This document shows, one piece after another, positions 12,960-26,430 of a stretch of 64,000 bases of DNA; the stretch's first letter is position 1, and every line of letters starts with the position of its first letter. This DNA is from Schmidtea nova. Its lineage: Eukaryota. The position numbers and the translations under genes were made by a program. The notes under the pieces are model-generated. The model was given only the letters and a program-made list of their open reading frames with translations, searched no databases and was not told where the DNA came from. The stretch is from contig CM097884.1 of NCBI GenBank assembly GCA_044892505.1, positions 14,260,001 to 14,324,000 on the forward strand. The letters are read 5' to 3'.

Positions 12960-14540
12960 CATGTAGGGGCCAGATTGAACGATTCTGATAGTGGCTAGGG
13001 ATTCCCCATCCATGACCATACATAAATGTTTGCTATTCACACTCGAGCGCCCTTGATTATTTCCCTTGATAACCAAGTTGGTGATGCGCAAGGTGGTTAA
13101 ACAATGATGGGCAGGTGAGCTCTATTGCTAGAACTACTACCCATTTATGTTTACGGGTTCATGCTGCCGTAGAAGGATTTACGCTATTTGATTTGTTACG
13201 AAAATGTCTGATTATTTTCGATTTATGTTACTATGTTGCGTGTAAATCTGCTTTAAGTTTATTATTAATTACGAAAAAACGGAAAATGGAAGACAAAAAA
13301 ATCAATTTGGTAACACCCAACTCTTTTATTTTTCACCAAATTCAGAAAAGATTCCATCGGGAGGAAATATCTCCGCTAACCATTCTGTTTCCGTCATCTC
13401 CGTCATATTGTCCACTTGAGCTTGCAGATGCCTAGCGAATAGCTTTCTTTGTCGTCGGCGCTTAGAACCGATCGGACTAGAAGGGATTATTGTACTCAGG
13501 CCGTCGGTACCGGTACTGACCGAACAGGCCACTTTTTGTTCCCCTACCCATTTCTGGTATGTAATCGGTCAAATCTGTGATCGCAATTCCGAGTCTATGA
13601 AGGATGTCGTCACGGAATGGAGACATCGTCGTAATTCTATCGTTGTCACTTCCCATTCCGTGCGGTAATCGTCGGCGGTTTTCTGTGCTCGCTCCGTTCG
13701 ACTCATCTGCTCCTTCATACGAGCAGGGGCAAACCAGTTTTTTCGCAAGTATTGGATTTGGGCTTCGGCTTTAGTCAGTTGTGCTTTCACCTGTGTCAAC
13801 TCCTTTTCCAGAGCTCGACGAATCATCCAAGCTTTATCTAACTCCCGTTGTTGACTTGTTTCTGGGTTCATGCTAAATGGTAAATGCATTTTTATTAGGG
13901 AGAAATTTCATTTTTAGTGGCCGCATAAGATGACAAAACTTCAGGTTCATTATGTGGACGATGGAAAAGAAAACAAGAACTAAAATCAACGCAATTTAAT
14001 ACGCAATTCAAAGAACACTTTTGATTTATCATTACACCATCGTTAGAATAAACATTAAATCTGGGTTCCACGCACGGGGAAAATAGGTAGTCCTCGATTG
14101 ATTGGAGCTCGTCGAACGCTCGCTAATGAAAAATTGAGCCTGGGTCGTTCTTTGGACAAGTTGCGGTACGTTGCATAGATTCAATCCCAATTTTAGCAAC
14201 TCGTGGGGCGAGATGTTTCCCCAATGTATCGCTGTTACGGGATTTTCTTCGGAATCCGTTAAGACTATGACGAGCGATGCAGCCGTTGCGGGGTATCCTT
14301 TGTCGGAAATAGGCCATCCTGGGCCCCCTCGATATAACATTCGATCCTGACCATTATTCCAGATGGAAAATGGGCACTTCCTTCACAGTTCCCATCTCCA
14401 TTTATACATCAAGACGTTGAGGGTTCTCATGATTTCTTGAGGCAGGATTTTCAACTCTCGCTCTTTGTTCAACATCCTAGTGCTGGCTGTCGTTGCCGAA
14501 TTTCGTTGGGTTGTTAGAAATTGATCCACTGCTTGTCGTT
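12960..14540 (-). other. Unknown compact ORF cassette, copy C (ORFs 14032-14340, 13569-13889 coiled-coil, 13326-13532 and a decayed ORF at 12960-13160)
   Basis: Homologous to 965-1403 and 2660-3480; small divergent ORF MKVFLNCRESDG... at 14577. Confidence 0.5.
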
Positions 14541-15569
14541 TCATCTGGATTATTTATCATTTAATTTTAACAGATATGAAGGTCTTTTTAAATTGTAGGG
14601 AATCCGATGGGGTCATACGCCCGATATTACTTAAGGTGGAAATCGATGAGGTTATTGGCCTTGCCCAAGTTGAGAGTTTAATAAAAAAACAAAATAAGAA
14701 GAGAAAAAAATATATGGTGTTCCTTTAATATTCATTCAACCCTGTCGCTATATACAGCGATCAGAATAATCTAATATTGGATGTTAAGATTTACCTGCGC
14801 TATCTACAGCGATCAGGTTAAAAATTTTATTTGTCTACATTTAATTATCGGTAATCACAATCGATTTTAATTTTTGTTTATTTGTCTGGATCTGATCGTT
14901 ATAAATAATGACGAAAATTTGTCCTGCAACTGTCTCATTTATGTAGGGTATCCGGATATATGTCGTTGCATGGTTGATCAGGACTATGTGTTAAAATTTC
15001 GTGATGGTAGAATTCTCAACTATCATACCGTGCATAACAATTTCGGTTGATTCATTTGCTCTTGCATGTAACGAGATTCGCTAGATTGTGAATGTGCAAA
15101 AATTCGATCGATTAAGATTTATCGTAAAATCAGCTGGGTTAATCATATTGTATTTACTATTCAACGACGTATTTTTAAACTTTAAAACTAGTACGACCTC
15201 ATCCCATGTGCAGCTCTAACTCACCATCCAATTACGATTTCATACAGGGTTTTAAATCAAATCTGACCTCTCAAAATAAAATAAAAAAATTAAAACTTCG
15301 CTCACCATTTTGTGGAATAGTAAAGTCCAACAATAACGGCTTACTCCCTAGCAGCGTGAGCTACGGAGGAAGTGTATCTATAGGCTTATCAATAATAATG
15401 GTAAAATATTTATAACAAAATGACTAATTATAACTTATATTCATCAATTAAAATCATGAGAACAATAAAATATAAGATTACAATGACAACAAAAAATATT
15501 TACTTTCGATAATGATCGGATGTCTTCAGAGAAAATTTATAGATTAAGAATACTCACACACGGTATAAT

Positions 15570-16039
15570 TGTTATGAGTCTCAAAAATAGATGTTGTTAA
15601 CTTTGTGATTTTCGGATCGGTATTTATACTGATCCTAGTTGGTCAGATTGACCAATAAGGGTCAGGCCGTCCATCAAAGTCTGTCTATTATTTTATTTTA
15701 TTGTAAATAATATTTTATTTCCGATTCAGGTTTCTCGCTGGGTGGTCCTGATTTTCGAAGTAATTAATCAATTAATTGTACTTTTATTTTTATTTTATTC
15801 TTAATTTTTCTGTTTCAGGCCCCCTGTTGCTTGTTCTAGTGTAAATTTCAAATCTTTCTCTTTGCTGGTAATTTATTTATTATTATTAATTTATTTAATT
15901 CTGGTTTTTAATTCAGATTTCCTATATTTTTGGTAATTATTATTTTCATTTTTTGTTTTAATCGTATTATTATTTCCGTCTCCTTAGGTCACTTGGCGGC
16001 CCCAACATCACTCGGGGACCCCTAAAATTGCGTCCCACA
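15570..16039 (-). mobile_element. LTR-like remnant downstream of the MATH-bearing retroelement
   Basis: Minus strand has TGTTGGGG at 16008, CCAAT and gtataaata, ends ...ATAACA; no clear PPT or TSD. Confidence 0.3.
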
Positions 16040-16206
16040 ATTAATTATACATAACTGCTTATATCATCACACTTAAACATAAAGAATCACATAAGGGGAT
16101 AGGATTAATACACATCATAAAAATTGTCACAGGATAGTCGAATATCAGAAAATTATTGTTACAAGATAGATAAATGTATGTCAGAAATGTTTCATGCAGT
16201 TTATTC

Positions 16207-16761
16207 GATTCTCTGACTCGCATTGGGCTGGGTTCGGATTTTCTCATCGAGGTTTGATAATTCATAGTGGGTTTGAATTCGGTTTAGATAGTTTCTCATA
16301 CGCCTTTGGGCTCTGTTGTCTCGCCTTGATGTTTGATTGAAAATGGCTTGTTTTTATTTAAGGATTTTTATTCGGTAGGATGCAATAAGGATTGTAATTG
16401 CGATGACAGCTATGCTGATTGCGAGGATTATTATGATGGCTATAATCCATTTCTCTTGATATTCGATTTCGGCTTGGGATAGACTTTTTATGGGTTCTCT
16501 ACCTTCCTTCAGGATTTTTCTGATTTCCTCTAATTTAATTTGCTGTTTATAAAGGATTTGTTGGGTTTGTTGGTCTTGACTGTGGGTTATTTTCTGTCGA
16601 AGTTCGTTGATCTCTTGTATTACTTCATTGATATGGTTGTCCAGTACTTTATAGATTTTGTCGGGTAGGGCTCGTAGCTGTTTCTCGGTGAGTTGCAAAT
16701 CTTCTCTCTGTAAGGTGATGGTTATTAACCATAGGAGTATTGGTATTGCGAGCTTTCTCAT
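16207..16761 (-). pseudogene. Small type I membrane protein (signal peptide, coiled coil, TM); premature TAA at 16354 with in-frame continuation
   Basis: MRKLAIPILLWLITITLQ; TM WIIAIIIILAISIAVIAITILIA; frame continues KQAIFNQTSRRDNRAQRR... after the stop. Confidence 0.6.
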
Positions 16762-16899
16762 CTCTTTTCTTTACATATATGTCAATACAGTTTGACACTT
16801 TATTTTACATCGTTTATTTACAATTAATTTCCACTCCTTTTATACGAGGGTTTCGTTTGGTTCGTGAAAACCTTCATCTTGAGGTTCTACTTGGTTCAT

Positions 16900-17880
16900 G
16901 GGGAGTGGCATCCATACTACCGTGATCCTCCACATTTCGACTTCATCTCGGTACACATGAGATATCTGAATTTTCCAGATAGTTTGCCTGCTCTGTTAGG
17001 GTTTCTATTTGTTTTTCCAATTCTGTTATTTTTGTCTTTCTCTCTTCTTCTTTCATCATTTCTGTTACTGCTGCTGTGATGCTTGTTTCTTTTGTTGGTA
17101 TTGGTTTTTCTGCCAACTTCTTCCTCAGTTCCTCGTTTTCTTTTGTCAAGTTTGTTACGTTTTCTTCATAACTCTGTTTTGCTTCTTCTAGTCTTTCTTT
17201 GGTTCTTTTTAGTTCTATTTTCTTCTGGGTAATCACTACTTGATACCCATTTATATCTCTTTTCATCTCCTCTTTCTGATTTCATACTCCGGTGAGCACA
17301 TCTTTAAGTCGTTCTTTGTTGTTTAACTTCTCTTCCATTCTTTGTACTTGATAAGTTAGTTGTTTAATTTTCTTTGCTTGTTCTCTGATGAATTGTTGTC
17401 TCTTTTTATTCCAGCTTTTATTCGACATTTTTTGGTTGATTTTCTGTTCTAATTCATCTTTTAATTCATCGATCTCTTTATATAATTTCCAGTCATCACT
17501 ATAGGCTGTCTTTTCTATTATTTCTCTGGCTTTCTCGTATGATTCTTTTGCTTCTTTTTTCCAGTATCTCGCTTGTTCTGTGATCGAATAAATCTTGTGG
17601 TCGGTTTTTATCTGTTGTCTATCTCTTTCCTCTCGTCGCTTTTTCATCATTCCTCAGTAGTATTCATTTTGTTGTTTTGACATTTTGTATACTTCTTCTA
17701 TTTTCTCTCGACTTCTTTGATTTGTTCTTTCTGCTTTTTTAGTAATTCGGCTTGTTTTTCCACCTCCTCATGCTTTTGGTAATATGCGTTGATCCATATT
17801 TCGATTTGTTCCAAATGATTGCTAATCGCCTCAGCTTGATGTACTGAAATCTCGTGCATACATACCTCAATATTTCCCAT
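16900..17880 (-). pseudogene. Long coiled-coil accessory ORF of a retroelement, broken into three pieces
   Basis: ORFs 17698-17880, 17282-17650 and 16943-17266 are tandem, same strand, E/K/Q-rich heptads. Confidence 0.5.
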
Positions 17881-18004
17881 TACTATAAATGTAGATAATG
17901 TTTAAAAGGTTTATATTTTCAGTTATATGTTTTGTTTATTTTATATTTTTGGGTATTTGACTATACATACTATTTACACGGTTATCCAACTCATTACGTC
18001 CACC

Positions 18005-18640
18005 ACCCTTTTGCCGTTTTCTCATCTTTCCTATACCTTGTCATTTCTATATATAAGGTGTCTGCATTTAATAGTCCCCATATCTTTTTTTGAGTTATGT
18101 CTAGTGGGTCTCCAGCTGCTAATCCGCACTCTTCTGTTGGTCTTTCGCTCGTGTCTGCATGTTTATCTGTCGTGAAACTTCTTTCCTCTGTTTTCCTACA
18201 CTTTTAATTCTTATAATGACTCCGATTTCTAAGGGCCATTCTATTAGATCGTCGTATTCTCCTTTACATAGTGCGAAAAATATTGACACATGTGTTCCTC
18301 GCCCTCTTCCATCTCCATTTGGGTAGACTTTCAATCTCATTTTACAACCGTTTTTCCATAGGTAGAATGGTGGGCTTATTAATGCTGTTTGCTGTTCGTT
18401 TCCCCATATGAATGATACATCTTTCTTTACTAGCTCCTGTATGGGTTTTGCGATTCCCGCATAATCCTTTATAAATTTCCTATAATATCCGCATAATCCG
18501 AGAAATTCTTGTATCTGTGTTATCGTTTTTCTTATTGGACATTCTTTTACTTTGTCTATATTTCTGGGATCTGGTTCCTTTCCTTTTGCAGACACTATAT
18601 GTCCCAGAAATGTCGATGTCTTGATATAAGAATACCAAAA
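18005..18640 (-). mobile_element. Ty3/gypsy RT thumb fragment fused in frame to a TRAF/MATH domain
   Basis: TFLGHIVSAKG.EPDP...EFLGLCGYYRKFIKDY (RT) joined to SPPFY...KMRLKVYPNGDGRGRGTHVSIFF...GEYDDLIEWP (TRAF MATH); C-terminal LLNADTLYIEM after a frameshift. Confidence 0.9.
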
Positions 18641-18989
18641 AAATCGTCGACAATTTAATTCAAATAATTTTTGGGAAAAAGTTAATTAAATAACTAACTT
18701 TATGTTTTTTCAAATTGATGTAAAAAAGATAACCCAGCCAATTCTTGTCCAATTTGTAAATGCAATGTTCAATCAATTCAAAAAATTTATATTCCATAAA
18801 TTGAAGAAAGCTACCAACACCAAAAGTACCATGTTTACAAAAACATTATGTTTGATATTTGTTAATTTAGATAATTTTAAATGTTGTTAGTAAATAGTGT
18901 AGTTGTATTAGCTATATTTAGCTATATTAGTTATATGTATAGTTCTATAAAAGTTGTAATATTTATTTGCATAATTTTTTGTGCATTTT

Positions 18990-19900
18990 ATATTTAGTCT
19001 GTTTGTTTCATTTCCAATTTAATAAGTACCATGTATAACTAACGGGTTTGTAAAGACATTATTATAACAAAAATTGAAATATATTTAGATACAAGTTTTG
19101 TATTTGTAATTGGAAAATTATTATTTGTGTGGCATTTAGACAACGGTCTGAGTTCATAACACTAATTTTTGACAAAAAAACTCTCCCCGGTAATTTAATT
19201 ATAAATACATTTAGAATATTTACTACCTATTACAGTAATAATTAATGCTATCTCCCAGTTAACTAACACCCTTCTAAAAAAATTGTATTATTTTTGGCCC
19301 TTAAATTTTCGATTATTAATTTAGGATTCAATATTGTCGGCTATTTTTTTGTACTACAGTTTCGACAATTTTTTCGGGTTTCAACATTGGCGACGATTAT
19401 AACCAATTAAAGCTTTTTTTCTTTGGTGACTATTTTTTTGGCTTCCATATTCGACTATTCTAACCCTCACTAAAATGTCGAATATTCCAAAGAATAATAT
19501 TCCCATAAATAATAACATTCCTATGAATAAAAATTTTCATATGAATAATTTTGATTTAAAATTTTGTACACGTACCCAACGTTATTTATAAATAAATTTT
19601 GTTATTTAGTCTTTGTATTATTATTACTAAATTGTATTGCAATGTCTTTGTTAATTTGCCTCAGCAATATCTTTGTTAACTATGTCGTTGTTTAAAAAGG
19701 GTATGAAATTATATTTGTACACCATGGACGCTTTTGATATACATAGTTTTTAATATTTTGAACTTTGTTTGTTATGACCATGAAAAAACCTTTTCAATTA
19801 TATCTAATTTTTTTGAAAAAAATTTGAAGTTTCTTTTAAATTCTCTGTTTAGTAGTGCAACTTCGTCAATATCAATTGTCTGATGGAGATCATTAATAAA
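18990..19900 (-). mobile_element. Decayed Helitron (Pif1-like helicase) remnant
   Basis: Fragmentary ITGESFLSKI and VFTNPLVIHG resemble Helitron helicase C-terminal motifs; many stops. Confidence 0.3.
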
Positions 19901-20348
19901 TTCCTAAATTCTTAATCACGGGGTTCAAAAACAATACAAAATTAGATAAATTCTAATTTCCATAATTCTAACAATAAGAACAATAAGAAACGTTATTGTC
20001 AAAATAAGTGTCTTAAATATTAGTATATAAACTGAGTGATATTTCAGTAAATCACGCTGAAATTGTAATCTCAGAAGAGTTGCAAACTCAATAGTTGATA
20101 TTGCAACACAATATCGAGCAATCAAATTTACATATCCAAGCTCAAGAAACTGCAAGCAATTATATATACACGTACATACAAATGAATAAGATTCATATTC
20201 TATTTCAGCTAAGGTAATTTTTATTTTCTTAACTTGTAAAATGATTGTAATAAATAAATTAAATTTGTTAAACATTCTCTGTGTTTTTATAGATATACGA
20301 ACCAAATTGTTGAGATTCTCGGAATTTTAACAATTTATTAATTTTAAT

Positions 20349-23300
20349 CAGGGTTTCGAATATAACCCAAACCCTTAACCAGTTCCGGTTCAAGCTTTTT
20401 TGAAAAAAATGTGAACCCTGAACCCAAACCCGGTCGGTCTTAAATTGGGTTCAGGTTCAAAATTTATTTATCTTTTAGAGCAAAATGAAATGATAAATAT
20501 TTTGTGTTAAAATTTCTTATTAAGTTTCTCTGAAAGTAAATTACAGAGAAATTGTATAAGAAATTTTGCACTAAATATTTATCTTTCTCTATATTTCATT
20601 TAATTTTCTGCTGAAAAAATTGTTCAGTCATTATTAAATTTGAATTTTCTAACATTAACATAAAGTGAGAAAATTATAATTCATGAATGAACAAGATAAT
20701 GTTTGTTTTCTTTGCAATTTTGTTTTCTTTAGTTATTTGGTTTTGCTCATTATAATTTTAGTTTTCTTCCGGAAATAGGAAATAGGTTAAAGTTTATAGT
20801 AATTAGTTACTTTCAAAAAGTTGGAAAACATTTACGATAATTATAAATTAACAGATTTTAAATGTGTGATTTTTTATTGAAGTACACATTTTTTTTTAAA
20901 TTTGTCTTCTTTTAATTACCATTTAATTTACCTTATAGATGTGAAAAAAACTCTGTTCAGAAACGTTTCGAAAATGATTCTATCACAGATAAATTTACGA
21001 GTAAAAATGCTTATTTGTTATGAAAATTAAATATAATTCTAAATTTGGTCGATATCTCAAACAAAAGCACCCAGATGAATATCAAAACATTAATAAAGAT
21101 ACGAATATTAAACCACCTACCTCAGAAAATTTAAAAAAACATAAAATGCAAGATAAAAAATACATTTCCATAGAAAATTATTTTTGATTAATCAAAATCT
21201 TTCAATGAAACCTACGTTAAATTAGTTATTGTAAATGGTCGCCGATTTAGAATTTTTAAAGATTCTGGAATGCGTGAAATTATAGAACCTATAATGAGAT
21301 CTTTAAATCTTACTGTAAATTACAAAATTAATAGATTGCTGGGTTGAATGAATGTTGATGTAAAAATTATTATTGACACGGGATTAATATGATCCATAGC
21401 CCATCATAAATATTAACCCAACACACTCGTGTACCCATAGTTATTCCCTAACTAACTATGTTGGTACTGTACACGGTGACGAGAATATAGTGAGCAGCTA
21501 AGCCCCGTTACCGAAACTACTCCTCATTTTATTCTCTCTTTCGGGTTCCCGCTGCCGATAGAAGGACTTAAGCATTTTCTATCTTTATGGTCCTATCGCC
21601 TGATTAAATTTTAGCTCTATGTTCCCCACATTTATTGGTTCTCAAAAATTGTATAGATAACCTTCCTTAACTCCCTCAGGTTTACTTTACACATATACGT
21701 TAAATTTGCCTAACCTGTCACCCAAGATTTAATTGTCTATAATTATTATGTTGTACTTACCGTACCGTGGTGCCATAAACAGCCCCACTCGTACGGAATC
21801 ACGATCGCGATTTTCACCACAGAGCCAAATTTAAATCCGGGATTACTATATCAAAAATAAACTCAAGACTAATATTTCAAATATTTATTAACATCAATTA
21901 ACAATTTATAGAAAAACTTCCAATTAAGCTTTATAAAAATAAAAATAGTACTTTGAGTAGACTCGCAAAGATTTGCTTTCCTTGAATAAACAAATAAAAT
22001 GACCAAAGTTGGTTGGTAGAATAACTCAAAAATGACTGTCTGCAAATTTTTGGTTTCAGAATAAATGTTGAAATTATGAATTTTGAATGCCTTTATATAC
22101 TATTTTTCAGTGGATGTGTGCCCACTACTGATGTGGGGTTGCTTTACAACTGTCAGCAAAATTGGATGCATGCGGTGGCTTTTCTCTCGACTTTCTATCA
22201 TCTTACCGACCCCCAACACCAGTCGCTCGGACATTACGTGTAAGCTTACATGCAGACTCTGTCGAGACTACATGCACGTAATTTCCAAATTACTTTTATG
22301 CTACTATTTTTGTAACATTTTACCATTTTCACGCATCAACAAGTTTTCATTAAACCATCCAGCCGTCAACCGCAACCAAAGCACGCCAACGGCAAACCGC
22401 GCGGCAATTCATCGGTTCACTCACTCGTATACATCTGAGTGAATAAATAATAAAATCAATGCAAATTTTCGCGAATTGCGACAACGCTATTTCATCATCA
22501 TATAAATTTTTTTTATTTATAAAAATTGTTTTTGTAATTTATTTTACTTATTTGTCGCTCTAAATATCAGTTTTTACTTTTTTTAAATCTTTATTATTAA
22601 ATTATCCGGGTTAATTAACCAGTTTATTTTATTTTTTTGTTTTGTCCCATTTATTTTTTTGTTTTGTCCCATTTATTTTTTTGTTTTGTCCAATTTATTT
22701 TTTTATTCCACCAACCTAACAAGATGAATTTGGGAGATTTTTATGGACTATGGTTGAAATTTAAATTAGATTTAGAAAGAAATTCTGATAAGAAATTTGG
22801 TGCTAATTTCTACTCACATATTATTAGTTGAAAAAATCATTTATTGAAAATGAACTTTTATATGCTGCCGTGTATTTGGATCCCAAATTTGGACTGATAT
22901 TAAGTGATAAAAATACTGCCAAAGCTCAAAACCAAATTTTAATAACAATAAACAACTTAAAAGATTAACATCTACATATGGAAGTTGAAAAGCAAATACA
23001 AAATAGCCCAGAAACTACGAATACTGAAGCAAATAAATTAATATCTAGTTCTTTGGATGAAGAGGACACCCCGGAAGAGTTCTTAAAGAATAAGTGAAAA
23101 AATCAATTGCAGATGCTGCATTAAAAACAAAAAATATTAACAATAAATTCACTGTTAATGTTATTAATAAAAGTGAAATTGAAGTGTATGAAGCCTTTCC
23201 CAGGATTTCAAAAGAAAAAAATATTTTAGAATTTTCGGAACAAAAGAAACTTGAAATTCCTATCATATTAGCTGTTTCTGCAACACAACTCAGAATTGAG

Positions 23301-23703
23301 CGGGCCTTTTCAGCGCTGGAATTTGTTTAAGCTCCACAAAGAGTGCATTTAACCGAACAGTCATTAAGAAATATTTTATTTGTTAGGCTTAATGAAAGTT
23401 TGTTCGAAAAATAAATGAAAACAACTAATAATAACAATAAATAATATAGGTTTATTTATATTTTTAAAATTTAAAATATTTTTTATTTTGTAATTTACTA
23501 GAAACTAGAAACATTAAAAGATAAAAACCATTTTGGCTGTTCAAGCTAACATCAGGATAACTAAAAAAATAAAATATCAATAAAAATTAGATTTTTTTTT
23601 GGTAAACTTTGTAAACCCGAACCCGTACACGAACCCTTTAAATTTTTATGTGCTGAACCCGTATCCAAACCCGAGCTCACAATGTTTAGGGTTCGAAACC
23701 CTA
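20349..23703 (+). mobile_element. hAT DNA transposon, decayed, with internal insertions
   Basis: TIR (C/T)AGGGTTTCGAA; perfect 8-bp TSD ATTTTAAT; subterminal AACCC repeats; YAAVYLDPKF and SATQLRIERAFSAL...RVHL...LRNILFVRLN dimerisation motif. Confidence 0.9.
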
Positions 23704-24271
23704 ATTTTAATCCTTGCAGTATTCCAAGTCTTTCAAGAAAAAATTGAGACTGAACAATTTTATAAGTATCAATACTTAATAAAATGAGATAGATAACATG
23801 AATGAATAAAATAAATGATAAAATAAAATAATAAAATAAAATAGAAACATAATAATAAAAGTAACCTGGCGCAGTTTCATTGGGGGTATGATCGGATGCA
23901 TGGCATACATCATCATTAATAAATGTTCGACTTAAATATTAATTTTCTAATGAAATGTTGCTGTGAACAATAATGCTTCTTCTGATTTAAAGATTTTAAT
24001 GATGCCGGAATTACATGGAATGGTAGAGATTCATTCGGATAATAGTTTTCGGAATGAAAGTGAAATAATAAGTGATAGAGTCGAAATCGAACAATATAAC
24101 GAACGAATGTTTACTTACGAAAAATTGTTTAAAACAACTGAGTTTTATCAAAATAAGTGGCGAATTATATGCCACTTTTCAGTGCGTTGGTTGAAAATAT
24201 TTTCCATGTTGTGCGATACAATGTGCAACATGAAAACTAGCAGCAGTAACATTATTTTTAGGAACAAGATA

Positions 24272-25478
24272 CTTAGTGCGTTTAAAAAGTACTCATATAA
24301 GGTGCTTAAGGAAACCAACAGGAAGGGTATATTGTAGCATTAGAACAACACAATTATATAGACTTTGTTTTCAATGTAAGACCCATTGTCGTCTATGCTT
24401 TTCCTCCAGCGATGCAAGAGTTCCAAAAATGCATTTTTGAATACCAGGTTTTGATTTTTCAAGAAAGGTTCAACATCATGTTGCCAGTCTGCGGAAATTT
24501 GATAAATTCTCCTTAGAAAAGTTTTCTTCCTATGCATGAGTAGATAAAAGCCTCTGGGCTTAAGATCAGGACTGTAGAGAGGGTGATCTAAAAGAACAAA
24601 TCCATTTTGCTCAATCACTGCCATTGTTTCTGCACTTATGTGGATTGGAACGCTGTCTTAGAATAGCCTTAGAGGGAGAACATGTGGCTTTCGGCGATTA
24701 TGTCTGCGTATATTCACGTGATTGCTGTAGTAGGTGGAATTAATTTACAAAAATTTTTTTCAGCGATATCCGTACAGATTATGCTACTTTCATAGCAAAA
24801 AAATTTCAACATGAATGATTTTCGAAGACATGATCAGATATCATCTTCGTGAAATTGCATTCTCTAAACTCACACTTTGTCTTATAAACATACAGGGATA
24901 AGGTGTTCCATCCACCGTCAAGATATTTTTGATGAATCGGTCTTCCCGTTCATAAAAAATGAGAAATTTTCCACGGCAGCGTTTCCTACGGTTTTCCTAC
25001 ACCTCAGAGGAAAGAAATTTTATTTGCTAAATTCACTCAGAATAGAATGAGCATCTTAAGTACTTACATTCAAACGCTGCGAAATATCCATAATAGTGAT
25101 TCGGATTCTTCTTTCTTACAATTTGCAAACATTCTCTCATTTTTTGTGAGAAATTTCACAAGGACAACTTTCTCAATATCAAACACTGACTGGCGACCAT
25201 GTTTGAACTGGCTAATCCAATCGTAAATTTTAGTACAAGAGGGTAACATATTTCTATAAGTTGTCTGCAACTGATTCAATATTTTCTGACTGTTATCCCC
25301 ACACAGAACATAGAATTTAATCACATTACAATATTCAACAGTGTGTAGTATGATTTGACAAATAAATTTAAAACTATATTTTTGTAACCATAAATAATAT
25401 ACTATGATTTCATTAAAATATTGTTAAAGTACTATAATTTTTTATGTGGTTGTCCGGGTACTTATTGAACGCATCATG
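24272..25478 (-). mobile_element. Mariner element, degenerate
   Basis: IKFY...YDWISQFKHGRQSVFD (HTH) and HPLYSPDL...RWRKSIDDNGSYIE (C-terminus); TIR-like tgcgtt.aa.aagtac at both ends. Confidence 0.8.
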
Positions 25479-25946
25479 CAAGTTTTAATTACACTGGATT
25501 GAACTTTTTGTTCTTTTACGTTTTCAGAAAAATTTTCTTTTTTCTTTTCTTTTGTTAAAAGACCTGCATGTAAATTTTTGAAATATAAATTTACATTCTA
25601 CATACGAGATGAAACATTTGCCCTGCAAAATTATATAAAGAACTATTTTTGTCGATTTCAAAAACTTCATATTTTCCAAACCATTCTGATTAAAACAGTC
25701 TGGAAGTTTTTTCATTTGGCTTTCGTTTCATTACCATTGACATAGAAAAACGTAAAATAAATTTGAATTTTTAACTTAATTTTTCATAGATGTTGGCTGA
25801 TCGAGGGAAGCCCATCCAAGCATTTACCCTGAACAAAAATACTACAGGACAGGGCCTAATAGCTACAGGGTTAATATATACGCAGAAACCCAGTCCGAAC
25901 CCCAAAGATCAATAACAAAATAATGCAGTCTCCATCTTCAATCGCC

Positions 25947-26039
25947 TCAAATAATCACCCTTCTTCAATCAAAGCCAACAAAGCCTCAAATAATCACCCT
26001 TCTTCAATCAAAGCCAACAAAGCCTCAAATAATCACCCT
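25947..26039. repeat. 39-bp tandem repeat, about 2.4 copies
   Basis: Unit gcctcaaataatcacccttcttcaatcaaagccaacaaa. Confidence 0.9.
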
Positions 26040-26289
26040 ATGACTATGTGTATTAATGTGATCACAACTTTATTATTTAATTTACTTTTAAATTCTGTAT
26101 ATGAGTGTCATTATTCTGTATGTGAAGTGTATATAATTATTCTGTACTTAAATTTCATAATTGTTCCGTATATTATTATTTGAATTTTATATATTTGTGT
26201 AAAAATCTATAAGGTAATATATCTGTATAAATAAAAAATATGACAATAATAATATATTAAATAACAGCATAAAAAGGGCAAATTATAAA

Positions 26290-26430
26290 TAATAAATTTT
26301 AGATTTATTAAAAAAACGGTAAATTATCACCTCAAAGATCATGACATCAAATAATAATTTTAGATATTTAATTTAGATAATAATCAACTGACAGATATTT
26401 ATTAAACCGGAGAAAAATTGATAGAATAAT
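26290..26430 (+). mobile_element. Ty1/copia RNase H remnant
   Basis: IKKTVNYHLKDH and DNNQLTDIY resemble KHI..RYHF.RD and N.LADIFTK. Confidence 0.3.

Noticed and set aside
21350-21440. IIDTG protease-like motif inside the hAT element
   Set aside because: Isolated motif with stops; insufficient to call an element
23780-23885. Errantivirus-like LTR end AGTAAC + TGGCGCAG PBS
   Set aside because: Too short and AT-rich; no matching LTR or internal sequence
25923-26183. 86-aa ORF with SNNHPSSIKANKA repeats
   Set aside because: Translation of a 39-bp tandem repeat; no coding evidence
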